Shown: one piece after another, positions 40,590 through 50,350 of the stretch
How positions within the stretch are numbered: position 1 is the first letter of the stretch
How the letters are laid out: every line of letters starts with the position of its first letter
Assembly (NCBI GenBank): GCA_965238175.1
Contig: CBDEGZ010000003.1
Location: forward strand, 1,888,001-1,952,000
Origin: Gammaproteobacteria bacterium
GTDB taxonomy: Bacteria > Pseudomonadota > Gammaproteobacteria > CAJXQU01
Direction of reading: 5' to 3'
DNA length: 64,000 bases
The notes under the pieces: model-generated
What the model was told of the DNA's origin: nothing
The model's database searches: none
Seen by the model: only the letters and a program-made list of their open reading frames with translations
Position numbers and translations under genes: made by a program

Positions 40590-43500
40590 ATGAAATGTAA
40601 ATATGGGTGGAGTGTTTCTACAATTCTGCTTGTTTTTTATTCGTGTATTTTCTCGCAAACAGTTGTTGCACAAACTAATTGCCCACGAGATCGAGCTCCC
40701 ATTGCCGAAGTTATATCTGTTCAAGGTATGCTTACACTAAATGGTGAGCAACTTTCAGTAAATGATCTGATCTGCCCAGGTCAAATAGTGCTTAATACCG
40801 AATCAAATAGTCGAGCTGCAATTCGCATTATAGCGACCGGCGTGAAAATCCGGCTTGATCAAAATACTGAACTACGTATGGATGCGTCGATTAGTTCAAC
40901 TTCAAGTAAAAATGCGGCAGACGATAACCAGAAATCATTTGTTGAACTTGTAACAGGTGCTATTAAAGCATTCACTCGCAAGCCTTATAAACTTGATGTA
41001 AGAACGCCTTACGTAACAGCGGGTGTAGAAGGGACAGAATTTATAGTTGAAGCTTTTGATGATGGCAGAGAAATTACCGTACATGTGTTTGAAGGGCATG
41101 TGCGTATGCTCTATGCATATAATGACCAACGTGCCGATCTGGATATTTTGGCTAATGAAGCCGGTTATGCAAGAAAAAATCAACCACCAGAGAAAGTTGA
41201 AAAACTCAAAATAAAGTCACGCGATCAAGTTGACTGGGCACTCTACTATCCAGCATTTTCAGGAATGCCAGCTCTAAATAAGGTAAATCAGCTACTGGCT
41301 GCAGGGCGGGTTGATGCAGCTAAAAAGCATCTCGATGCTTCTAACCTGCAAGATCAGAAATTAATATTGGATACAATAGTCAAAATTTCCAAAGGAAAAA
41401 GTCATCAAATAATCAATCAAGCCTCCTGGGTTAAAAAATTAGAAGCCACGTCTATAACACGACTGCTGCTTTCTTATGCCTACCAGGCAGATTTGCAACT
41501 GAACAAAGCGCTTGAAACACTGGAGAACACTAAAATCAAGGACGCGCTGATCTGGGCAAGAATAGCCGAACTGCGTCTTGCTAAAGGGGAGATAGAAGGA
41601 TCTGTTGATGCCGCACAACAAACTCCCATTAATTTTCAATTAAACAATTGCCTTTCTGAGGCTATCAGCAACCCGCCCAATTATATTGCTAGAACGCTCA
41701 CGGTCAGAGGTTTTACGAAACTTGCGCAAAGAGATGTGGAAAATGCAAAGGTGGAATTTGAATGCGCTATCCTGTTTGCCTCAGAGGATCCACTGCCCAG
41801 ATTTGGGCTTGGTTTAGCAAAGATCCGACAAGGACACACGCAACAAGGACGACATGATATTGAAACGGCGGCCTTACTTGATCCGACCAATGCACTTATT
41901 CGTAGTTATTTAGGCAAGGCATTTTTTGAAGAGAATAGGGGAATGCGTAATACCACATCAACAGATGAATGTGCCCAACAAACAGGGAATGATGCTGATC
42001 TGGCCGATCAACAATTGTGTATCGCTAAACAATTAGATCCCAACGATCCAACGCCGTGGTTCTATCATGCAATAAAAAAACAAACTGAAAATAAACCGGT
42101 GGAAGCCTTAAAAGATCTGCAAAAAGCCATCGACAAAAATCACAATCGAGCCGTTTATCGATCGGGATTTTTATTGGACAGCGATCTGGCTTCGCGCAGC
42201 GCCAGTCAGGGTCGGATCTACCGTGACTTAAAATTTGAACAGCTTGGACTGTTGCAAGGCTGGAAATCTGTTAATACCGATCATGGTGATTATTCGGGCC
42301 ACCGATTACTTGCAGATACCTATTCTGCATTACCGCGCCACGAAACTGCCCGTGTCAATGAACTCTACCAATCGCAATTATTACAGCCGCTAAATGTAAC
42401 GCCAGTGCAGTCGCAGCTAGCCGAAAAAAACCTGTCTATCTTGAATAATTCTGGTCCTTCAGAAGTATCATTTAACGAATTTAATCCTTTATTTACCCAA
42501 AATGGTTTGTCCATGCAGAGTTCCGCTGTGGTCGGTGGCAATAGTACTTGGGGTGAGGATATTACTATCGCTGGTCTGTATGACAACTGGTCAATTAACC
42601 TGGGCCAATTTCATTTTGAAACCGCTGGGTTTCATGACAATAATGGGTTGGAAAAAGATGTGTTAAGTGCAACGCTGCAATACAGCCCAGATCAAAACAC
42701 CTCGTTTTTAGCGGAACTAAGAACGAGCGAAAGGGAACAGGGCGATCTAGCGCTTTTATTTGATAGCAATAATTTTAGATCTAATGCCGCTCTAAAAGAA
42801 CAAATTCATTTACTTAAGACAGGTTTCCATCATCAATTTTCACCTCAATCTGAAATTATTGGTTCATTTATTTATCAAGTTGCAAAGATAAACGTACGGG
42901 ATGAACCTTTTTTTGAACTTGATGCGGATCTTGGCGGATACACTACTGAGTTACAGCATCTATACCAGGGGCAACACGGGCGTTTGACCAGCGGTGTTAG
43001 ATATTCTCATCGTGATCAGAAAGAGTCGGTGCAACTGTCTTTTTCGCTGCCTGTTCCTCCATTCAATGTTCAAAGTGATTTTACTAGAAAACATATCATT
43101 GAGCAGGCCAGTCTATACTTATATTCATATACTGATCTAAGTAAGAACGTAAGTATCACACTCGGTGGCAGCTTTGATTCTCTTAATGGACGCGCTACAA
43201 ACAAGGATTTATTCAATCCAAAGCTCGGATTAATTTGGGAACCCATATCAAGCACAACGTTTCGCGCTGCCGTATTCAAAACCTTGCAAGGGCCAGCCTT
43301 TTCACGCCAAGATCTCCAACCCTCTATAGAACCAACGCAAGTAGCCGGTTTTAATCAGTTCTTTTTTGATGACGTTGAAGGTGATGTTAATTGGCGATAT
43401 GCGATTGCCCTGGATCATGAGTTTTCCCCAAACTTATATTCAGGGTTAGAGCTTTCAAAAAGAACACGCGATAGACCTTTTCTCACATTAGGTGTCTCTG

Positions 43501-43961
43501 AACAACTTGAAACCATTGATTGGAAAGAATATTCTGCACGATTTTATACCTATTGGACTCCAGCTTCTGGTCTGACTTTAACTGCAACCTACCAATTTGA
43601 TAAAAGGGATAATGGAGATAATGGTTTAAATGAAGCTGCTTTGGAAATGCAAATTCATCGACTCCCACTGAAACTTAATTATTTTCATCCGAACGGTATT
43701 AGTAGTGGGATAACCGCAAGCTATGTTTATGAAAAAGGTATCTTTCAAGATGCAAATGCAAACACATTTTCTAGGGGTAAGGATAGCTTTTGGGTGGTAG
43801 ATGCGGCCTTAAGCTATCGACTGCCGAAACGTTATGGAATTATTTCATTGAGTGTCGATAATCTATTCGACCAGAAATTTCAGTTTCAGGATATTGATCC
43901 GGAAAATATAGAGCTAAAACCAGAGAGAATGAGCTTAATTAAATTTACACTTTCTTTCTAA
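40590..43961 (+). CDS. Outer-membrane receptor-like protein: FecR + TPR + TonB-dependent-type beta-barrel (NsrA-like)
   Basis: Signal peptide; FecR motif VRTPYVTAGVEGTEF; TPR segments (LDPTNALIRSYLGKA, LDPNDPTPWFY); C-terminal VDAALSYRLP...VDNLFD and terminal Phe. Confidence 0.85.
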   Translation: MKCKYGWSVSTILLVFYSCIFSQTVVAQTNCPRDRAPIAEVISVQGMLTLNGEQLSVNDLICPGQIVLNTESNSRAAIRIIATGVKIRLDQNTELRMDASISSTSSKNAADDNQKSFVELVTGAIKAFTRKPYKLDVRTPYVTAGVEGTEFIVEAFDDGREITVHVFEGHVRMLYAYNDQRADLDILANEAGYARKNQPPEKVEKLKIKSRDQVDWALYYPAFSGMPALNKVNQLLAAGRVDAAKKHLDASNLQDQKLILDTIVKISKGKSHQIINQASWVKKLEATSITRLLLSYAYQADLQLNKALETLENTKIKDALIWARIAELRLAKGEIEGSVDAAQQTPINFQLNNCLSEAISNPPNYIARTLTVRGFTKLAQRDVENAKVEFECAILFASEDPLPRFGLGLAKIRQGHTQQGRHDIETAALLDPTNALIRSYLGKAFFEENRGMRNTTSTDECAQQTGNDADLADQQLCIAKQLDPNDPTPWFYHAIKKQTENKPVEALKDLQKAIDKNHNRAVYRSGFLLDSDLASRSASQGRIYRDLKFEQLGLLQGWKSVNTDHGDYSGHRLLADTYSALPRHETARVNELYQSQLLQPLNVTPVQSQLAEKNLSILNNSGPSEVSFNEFNPLFTQNGLSMQSSAVVGGNSTWGEDITIAGLYDNWSINLGQFHFETAGFHDNNGLEKDVLSATLQYSPDQNTSFLAELRTSEREQGDLALLFDSNNFRSNAALKEQIHLLKTGFHHQFSPQSEIIGSFIYQVAKINVRDEPFFELDADLGGYTTELQHLYQGQHGRLTSGVRYSHRDQKESVQLSFSLPVPPFNVQSDFTRKHIIEQASLYLYSYTDLSKNVSITLGGSFDSLNGRATNKDLFNPKLGLIWEPISSTTFRAAVFKTLQGPAFSRQDLQPSIEPTQVAGFNQFFFDDVEGDVNWRYAIALDHEFSPNLYSGLELSKRTRDRPFLTLGVSEQLETIDWKEYSARFYTYWTPASGLTLTATYQFDKRDNGDNGLNEAALEMQIHRLPLKLNYFHPNGISSGITASYVYEKGIFQDANANTFSRGKDSFWVVDAALSYRLPKRYGIISLSVDNLFDQKFQFQDIDPENIELKPERMSLIKFTLSF

Positions 43962-44026
43962 ATTTAACGCTGATCGTAGCAAAACCAGTCTTACCCATCA
44001 GTTTTTTTAAACTAAATTGCACACAT

Positions 44027-44042
44027 TGTGTTTTTTCTCACA
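44027..44042 (+). promoter_or_regulatory. CRP/FNR-type box 1
   Basis: TGTGT-TTTTTC-TCACA; -10-like TAGTAT at 44064-44069. Confidence 0.65.
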
Positions 44043-44142
44043 TCTTTATTTTCATCAATCCTTTAGTATTTATTGGTGAGCCAGTTAATCGTTGCTCATC
44101 CCGATAAAAATCAATTTATTAAAATATAAAGGGGATAAACCT

Positions 44143-44388
44143 ATGTTAAATCGTAAACTTTTAGTATCAATCATCAGTTTTTCAGTTTTCTCACTCTGTA
44201 GTGTTATGCAAACTGCGTATGCATCTGCTGCTGATAGTTATAGTATTAATGACAATATAAATGTGGAGTTTGTGGAAAACCTCACGTCATCAGGGAGGCT
44301 GCAAAGTATGCAAGGAGATGTTATTTCTCACGGTAGACATTGCTACTTTATTATCTTCGGAAATGAGCTGTTTGTGTATCACTGTTGA
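44143..44388 (+). CDS. Small secreted protein (81 aa) with a C-terminal C-x13-C
   Basis: SD GGGGA; signal peptide ending AYA; ends HCYFIIFGNELFVYHC. Confidence 0.7.
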   Translation: MLNRKLLVSIISFSVFSLCSVMQTAYASAADSYSINDNINVEFVENLTSSGRLQSMQGDVISHGRHCYFIIFGNELFVYHC

Positions 44389-44517
44389 TCTTTAGAATTT
44401 ACAGTGAGTGTTCGAATGTGCATATATAAATATTAATTAAATAGCTAGTAAGTATGCTTTTTACCAAAGAGTTAAGCTTTATCATTTACTGTGTGGTGTC
44501 AGGCTTACTCAGTTCAT

Positions 44518-44558
44518 AGCAGATAACCAGCATCACTTTTGGTTATCTGCTTGTTTTT
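44518..44558 (+). terminator. Intrinsic terminator
   Basis: 12-bp stem AGCAGATAACCA/TGGTTATCTGCT followed by a T-rich run. Confidence 0.65.
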
Positions 44559-44618
44559 TAAAAATCTTACTGGATAATCATTCACTATTTTTAGTGTAAT
44601 CAAGGAAGGATTTCTGTT

Positions 44619-45332
44619 TTGGATGACTTCAATTTCATTCCTGTTACTGCGGATTTATTATTAGGTATAGATTTGTTCCGAGATCTGCCCGCAGGTGATC
44701 GAAGTCTAATTGCACAGCATTGTGTCGGTAAGGAATATGCTGCACACAAATTAGTTTTAACCCAAAAAGATTTGTCCGGAGATGTTTATTTCGTTATCAG
44801 CGGAAGAGTGCGTGTTACTTATTTCTCTATATCGGGTAAAGAAGTTACTTTTCGTGAACAAAATGCGGGTGAGATGTTTGGTGAATTGTCGGCAATTGAT
44901 GCTAAACCACGTTCCACACAGGTAATAACAGGTTCAGATGCTATTCTTGCCTCAATGAGTTCTACTGATTTTCAGGCGCTGCTACAGGAGAATTCCAAAC
45001 TTGCCTGCAAAGTTATGCAGCATTTAACCAGCCTTGTTAGATTATTGTCAGAACGCATTGTCGAATTCTCAGCACTTGCTGTTAAAAATCGGATCCATGC
45101 GGAGTTATTGTGGATCGCCTTAAAAGGGAAGGTCGTCGATGGTCGTGTGATCATAAAACCGGTACCAACGCATGCAGATATATCAACCCGTATCAGTTCG
45201 CACCGTGAAGCCGTTACTCGTGAATTGAAAAGGCTTGAACAGAAGGGTCTGCTTGAGCGGCATCATGACAAATGGATTATCTTAGATCTTGAACGATTAC
45301 AAACTATGGTTCTGGATGTTTTGGGTGTTTAA
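44619..45332 (+). CDS. Crp/Fnr-family regulator with a cNMP-binding domain
   Basis: GEMFGELSAID..PRST cNMP-binding motif; HTH THADI..RI...REAVTREL. Confidence 0.92.
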   Translation: MDDFNFIPVTADLLLGIDLFRDLPAGDRSLIAQHCVGKEYAAHKLVLTQKDLSGDVYFVISGRVRVTYFSISGKEVTFREQNAGEMFGELSAIDAKPRSTQVITGSDAILASMSSTDFQALLQENSKLACKVMQHLTSLVRLLSERIVEFSALAVKNRIHAELLWIALKGKVVDGRVIIKPVPTHADISTRISSHREAVTRELKRLEQKGLLERHHDKWIILDLERLQTMVLDVLGV

Positions 45333-45425
45333 TTTATAAAGCCCCCAATAAAAATCAGCATTAATTGCTTTAAACAACTGTTTTACTTAATTCTTCTAAT
45401 ATTATTACAACTATTTTCCTCGAAT

Positions 45426-45441
45426 TGTGAGAAAAACCACA
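45426..45441 (+). promoter_or_regulatory. CRP/FNR-type box 2
   Basis: TGTGA-GAAAAA-CCACA; -10-like TTTAAT at 45463-45468; 15/16 identical to the reverse complement of box 1. Confidence 0.65.
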
Positions 45442-45519
45442 GCACAAATTCCTGGATCAGGTTTTAATTAGTCGTGTTAGAAAGAAACGTTATCTATTAA
45501 ACGACATGAGGAAAATCAA

Positions 45520-46629
45520 ATGAGTTTAAAGTCATTAAATAGAACAAAAACCAAACCTATTTTTACTCTACCGCCCTATAAAGTTGAACAAATTATTTCA
45601 TCTACTTCAGAAATAATAGATTGGGGTCTTGAAATGCTTTCGGTACCTGATAGTTGGAGAGATGCTCAAGGTGCAGGCGTTAAAGTTGCTGTTTTAGATA
45701 CAGGTGCGGATTTATACCATCCGGATTTAAGAAGTAGCGTTGTAAAAGCTGAAGATTTTACGAATAGCGCTGTCGGTGCGCAGGATATTGATGGGCATGG
45801 TACTCATGTGGCAGGAACCATAGCAGCTAAAAAGAATCGGCACGGTGTCGTTGGTGTTGCTCCAGAGGCCGAACTTCTTATCGCAAAGGTGTTAGGTGAT
45901 TTTGGATACGGGACAGAAGAGGCCGTTGCAAACGGCATAAACTGGGCGATAGAAAATGATGCAGATATTATTTCTATGAGTTTGGCCAGTAGCCTATATA
46001 GCAAAAAAGTTCATGCTGCAGTCAAAGCAGCATACAAAGTTAACAAGACAATTATATGTACTGCCAGTAACGAAGGTTCAAAACTGGAAACAATGACCTA
46101 TCCGGGAAAATTTGAAGAAACCATTGCCGTAGGTACCATTGATAGTTCTAAAAAGGTTTCCGGTTATTCAAAGCGAGAATCACAGGTAGACATCGTCGCG
46201 CCAGGTGATCAAGTTCTTTCAACCTATCCAACAGGGGGTTATGCTGAACTAAGCGGTTCCTCTATGACAACACCTCTTGTGTCAGGCATTATCGCTTTAA
46301 TGTTTTCTAAATTTCGACGATTTAGTGGGGCGAATCCTCTAGAAGATCGAGAAGAACTTATTCGGCATTTACGAGAAACAGCTACAAACTTAGGTCCGGA
46401 CAGATTTGATCCTGGTTACGGTTATGGATTAATCAACCCTGAAGATTTGCTCTCTGCGCAATCAAGATTCCTTTTGAATTTAATACCTTCAGATGATCTA
46501 ACAAAGTCAGGTAAGAAGAAACTTAGTAAATTTATGAACAGAGGAAAAACAAAGCCATCTGTCAATAATTCTGCACACCTACAAGATGGGTATGGAGAAA
46601 TAAGAGGTGGTGTCAGGATAAAGATATAA
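45520..46629 (+). CDS. Subtilisin-family (S8) serine peptidase without a signal peptide
   Basis: Catalytic triad motifs VAVLDTG, GHGTHVAG and SGSSMTTP; C-terminal GYGYG. Confidence 0.92.
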   Translation: MSLKSLNRTKTKPIFTLPPYKVEQIISSTSEIIDWGLEMLSVPDSWRDAQGAGVKVAVLDTGADLYHPDLRSSVVKAEDFTNSAVGAQDIDGHGTHVAGTIAAKKNRHGVVGVAPEAELLIAKVLGDFGYGTEEAVANGINWAIENDADIISMSLASSLYSKKVHAAVKAAYKVNKTIICTASNEGSKLETMTYPGKFEETIAVGTIDSSKKVSGYSKRESQVDIVAPGDQVLSTYPTGGYAELSGSSMTTPLVSGIIALMFSKFRRFSGANPLEDREELIRHLRETATNLGPDRFDPGYGYGLINPEDLLSAQSRFLLNLIPSDDLTKSGKKKLSKFMNRGKTKPSVNNSAHLQDGYGEIRGGVRIKI

Positions 46630-46804
46630 CCAACCTGCGCTTGATGTATGGGCTCCACGACTACTACCGAGAAGTAGCGTGGAGTGACCAAGCTAAAGAT
46701 CATAAATAAGCGTAATGTGCTATATCTTTAGATCTTGCAAAACGTGTTATTCAAATAAGTAAAGTTAGTCCTGCTTTTTAAGCTCAGGCTCTAATGAAAT
46801 AGAT

Positions 46805-48346
46805 CTACTTGCTCTGAACAGCCCAGTTAAGATCAGATAATGTATTTACAGTTGATCCTCCAGCCTCTAATAGAATAGGGCCGCTCATAAGGTACATATG
46901 ATTTTGGCCAGTCACATTATTTCGCCAGAATATATCCTGTTTCCCATCGCCATTGTAATCACCAATAGCCCGAATATCCCAGGCTAGTGAGGTGAACTCA
47001 ACGTGTTGGCCAGGTGCACCTGCTGTGCTATTTGAAATATTGGGGCCATTCATAAGATACAACCAAACCCGACCATTAGTGCTATGCCTCCATAGAATAT
47101 CGCCTTTACCATCAGCATCAAAATCACCAACGCCTTGTATATTCCAGTTCTCACTGGTGAATGCGACATGCTCACCTGTGCCTGATCCATTAATGATATT
47201 ATTGCCATTCATCGAATAAAGCCACACACGTCGATTGACGTTATTGCGCCAGAGGACATCGTCTCTTCCATCGTTATTGAAATCTGCAATACCGGAAACT
47301 ACCCAATTTTTATCAGGAATGGTATTTACCTGGAGAGTTACATTCAGGTTAGTGCCGTTCAAAAAACTAATCCGGTTCTCACCATCATCGTGATGCCAAA
47401 AAATATCGTTATTTCCGTCGCCGTTAAAATCTCCTGTCCCAGCGATTTTCCATTTGGTGTCGGTAAAAGGAGGGATGGTCAGATCAATTCCTCTTATTAC
47501 GTTTACGCCGTTCATAATAGTTATCTGGTTTGAGCCATTATTGGTGTTTCGCCAGAGAAGGTCAGAGCTGCCATCTTTGTCGAAATCACTGTTTCCAACT
47601 ACTACCCAAGTGGATTCAGCAGAAAACAGGCTTACATCTGCACTTGATGCGACAACACTACTATTCATCAAATAAATCCTGTTATTGTTCGTAATAACAT
47701 TACGCCAGAAAATATCGGACTTTCCATCATTATTAAAATCATTTTTGTCTGCGAGATTGTTTATTCTTGGGGCATTGAGTTCAGGGTAGAGTACTTTAAT
47801 ACCTAGAAGATCATCGTTTTGGATACTTCGGATTTCATCGTTGTAAAATGACTGTAAGATAGAGTTCGTAGTATCTTCGTGATCCAAACCTAGAGTATGG
47901 CCTAGCTCATGTAATGCCACTCTGTAAAAATCTGTGGTTCCATTTGATGATGCTCCATCGAAAACACCCCATTGAACACTGGAATTATTAAAAACAATAT
48001 CTGTTTCTACTATTGAGCCATTTGACGAAAGCAATCCGGTAATGGCCAATGTACCGCGACCCCAATTTGCACCACAATAAGTGTTGGAAAACCCAACACC
48101 GTTTCTATTGTCGTCAGAACATGGGTTTTGATAAGTATTAATTGTTTGTAAATTAAAGCCAGCAGTATTATTCCAATTCGCCATCGCAGACTGGAAAGAA
48201 GAAGAAAACTGGCCGATATCTACATAGAATACGATATTAGTTGTAGCCCATTTAGCCGGTGGGCTAAAGATAAACGAATAAGCAAAAAGCGAGGAGTTAT
48301 ACGTAAGCATCAGTATGGTAATGAAAATGTTTTTTTTGATATTCAT
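46805..48346 (-). CDS. Secreted matrixin (M10-like) zinc metalloprotease with FG-GAP/VCBS repeats
   Basis: Signal peptide; HELGHTLGLDH; repeated DF(N/D).DG..DI.WR motifs. Confidence 0.88.
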   Translation of the reverse strand: MNIKKNIFITILMLTYNSSLFAYSFIFSPPAKWATTNIVFYVDIGQFSSSFQSAMANWNNTAGFNLQTINTYQNPCSDDNRNGVGFSNTYCGANWGRGTLAITGLLSSNGSIVETDIVFNNSSVQWGVFDGASSNGTTDFYRVALHELGHTLGLDHEDTTNSILQSFYNDEIRSIQNDDLLGIKVLYPELNAPRINNLADKNDFNNDGKSDIFWRNVITNNNRIYLMNSSVVASSADVSLFSAESTWVVVGNSDFDKDGSSDLLWRNTNNGSNQITIMNGVNVIRGIDLTIPPFTDTKWKIAGTGDFNGDGNNDIFWHHDDGENRISFLNGTNLNVTLQVNTIPDKNWVVSGIADFNNDGRDDVLWRNNVNRRVWLYSMNGNNIINGSGTGEHVAFTSENWNIQGVGDFDADGKGDILWRHSTNGRVWLYLMNGPNISNSTAGAPGQHVEFTSLAWDIRAIGDYNGDGKQDIFWRNNVTGQNHMYLMSGPILLEAGGSTVNTLSDLNWAVQSK

Positions 48347-48348
48347 CA

Positions 48349-48996
48349 CTACCAACCTATTTCTTTAAGTTTTTGCTTGAACTCGCCTGGTGTCATGCCG
48401 TTTGGAGTAGCGTTATCTGTGGATGTCGGATTTGATGCAAGACTAGCGGCTTTAATAGTTCTAAGTCCAGCGGCGGTACCATCACTTATTAAGTCTTTAT
48501 TCGGTATATTAGATTCAACACTCTCTACTTGCTTGCCTTCCGCTGTATTGACTCGTTCTACCCCCTTTTGATCGGTTTTAATAATATAGTGACCTTGTGT
48601 CCAACCAAACAAGGGATTAATCAAATATTCATTCAGAGACTCTACGAAATAGATCCCCTTTTCACCGGGAGCTGGATATTTCATGTCGGGTATGTGAACC
48701 TTTTTACCATTATATTCGCCACCGACGAATCGTAGCTCTATTGTGTTACCTTGATCAGTACCTTTAACCACGTCATTTATCTGAAAGGTGATGTCTGTAA
48801 CAATCCAGTGGTTGTTAGCATCCATCCCCGTTTCGACGGCGATCACTTCACCTTCAAACACAAACTCTGCTTCGCTTAGAAGTTCGTTAACGTTGAATGA
48901 GCGAACAGTAGTAGCCTTTGAAGTACTAGCAAATAAGAGTGTGCACAGTAAAAAGAATAATTTTAAAAGTTTTGCTGGAGTTGTGATTTTGATCAT
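48349..48996 (-). CDS. Secreted protein upstream of the matrixin (prodomain-like partner)
   Basis: Signal peptide; L...A..VF.G.V, I.T...F.I..V.KG, GG and G..QG.Y pattern. Confidence 0.6.
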   Translation of the reverse strand: MIKITTPAKLLKLFFLLCTLLFASTSKATTVRSFNVNELLSEAEFVFEGEVIAVETGMDANNHWIVTDITFQINDVVKGTDQGNTIELRFVGGEYNGKKVHIPDMKYPAPGEKGIYFVESLNEYLINPLFGWTQGHYIIKTDQKGVERVNTAEGKQVESVESNIPNKDLISDGTAAGLRTIKAASLASNPTSTDNATPNGMTPGEFKQKLKEIGW

Positions 48997-49239
48997 ATCA
49001 ATTATTTCAATGCCCTTTTAATAATGAATCCATGCTTATGACTGCATGAATTATAATACATTTCCAGGGGACACGGGTATAGAATGTTTAAAACCTTGTC
49101 CCATATTAATAATTTAGGACTCGGGTTTCTTATAAAAGTTTTATGTGGTTTTGATAAATACATCATAAATCAGGTGAAATTCAATTTGAGACATAAGGGC
49201 ATGAGCAATTAATTTCATGATTTTAAAAGAGGATGTTTA

Positions 49240-50040
49240 TTGGTGAAAAAAGAGATAAGTATTCTAGGAGGTGGTTGGCTTGGGTTTCCACTTGCGGAAC
49301 ACTTTTTATCACAAGGACACAAGGTGAAAGTATCAACGAGAACAGAGGTTCATCTTGCAGATCTTAAATCCAACAATCTTGAACCTTACTTGATTGATAT
49401 AGCTCGTCTTGATACCCAAGTACAAAAGAATAAGCTTCAGGAATTTTTAAATGCAGAGATTTTAATTATAAATATTACATCAAAAAATCCTGATGATTTT
49501 CGAAGCTTGTTGGATGAAGTTGATCAATCAAAGATTGAAAATATTTTGTTTGTTAGTTCGACCTCCGTCTATGAAAATAATAACAAAGTTATAACTGAGG
49601 ATAGTAGTTTCGAGTCTGATAAAAGCCCTTTATTTGAGATCGAAAACCTAATAAAAAGTAATCAAAAGATCGAGTTCACAATAGTTAGATTTGGTGGCTT
49701 GATTGGTTACAGTCGAAAACCAGGTAATTTTTTTCGCAAAAGGGATCTTGTTGATTTTCCTGAGTCACCAATCAATTTGATCCATAGAGATGATTGTATA
49801 AATATTATCAGTCGAATTGTTGAACAAAATGTTTGGGGAGACGTTTTTAATTGTTGTGCTGACACGCATCCAACGAAAAAAGAATTTTATACCAAAGCAA
49901 CACAAACTATAGGACAAGCTGTCCCAAATTTTGTAATTGCAGAGTTTAACGAATTTAAGATCATTGATAATACAAAGGTGAAGCGAATTTTAAATTATGA
50001 ATTTATATATCCAGACTTAATGGAAATAGATCTTTCATAA
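49240..50040 (+). CDS. NAD(P)-dependent epimerase/SDR-like protein
   Basis: ILGGGWLG, VSSTSVY, RFGGLIG and NLIHRDD motifs. Confidence 0.85.
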   Translation: MVKKEISILGGGWLGFPLAEHFLSQGHKVKVSTRTEVHLADLKSNNLEPYLIDIARLDTQVQKNKLQEFLNAEILIINITSKNPDDFRSLLDEVDQSKIENILFVSSTSVYENNNKVITEDSSFESDKSPLFEIENLIKSNQKIEFTIVRFGGLIGYSRKPGNFFRKRDLVDFPESPINLIHRDDCINIISRIVEQNVWGDVFNCCADTHPTKKEFYTKATQTIGQAVPNFVIAEFNEFKIIDNTKVKRILNYEFIYPDLMEIDLS

Positions 50041-50350
50041 TTAATTTTTAGAAATACGGAACGAACTGCAGTAACAACATTGGGTTTTTCACCGGTACTA
50101 CGTAATGCATTAGTGAGTTAGTTATTTAATGTTGAATGTCCTTACCTGCTAATCCTTGATTACATATATTGTCTAGATACTGTCCAGGAAAATAATGATC
50201 TTCAACTTTCACCTTTCTGTTGTGATTATGTAATGAGCTAGTGATTTTATTTTTTACTTTTAGTATTACAGTGGTGAATTGCGACGACATTTTTTTGTAG
50301 TTAGTTCTGCAAATTCCAAGTATGATTTTTAAGGTGTTATTATAAAGTAG

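Noticed and set aside
38545-45332. Cyclase plus cNMP-binding protein as a Pycsar-like anti-phage system
   Set aside because: The cyclase is a membrane CHASE2 receptor type and its partner has a DNA-binding HTH, not a TIR or TM killing domain.
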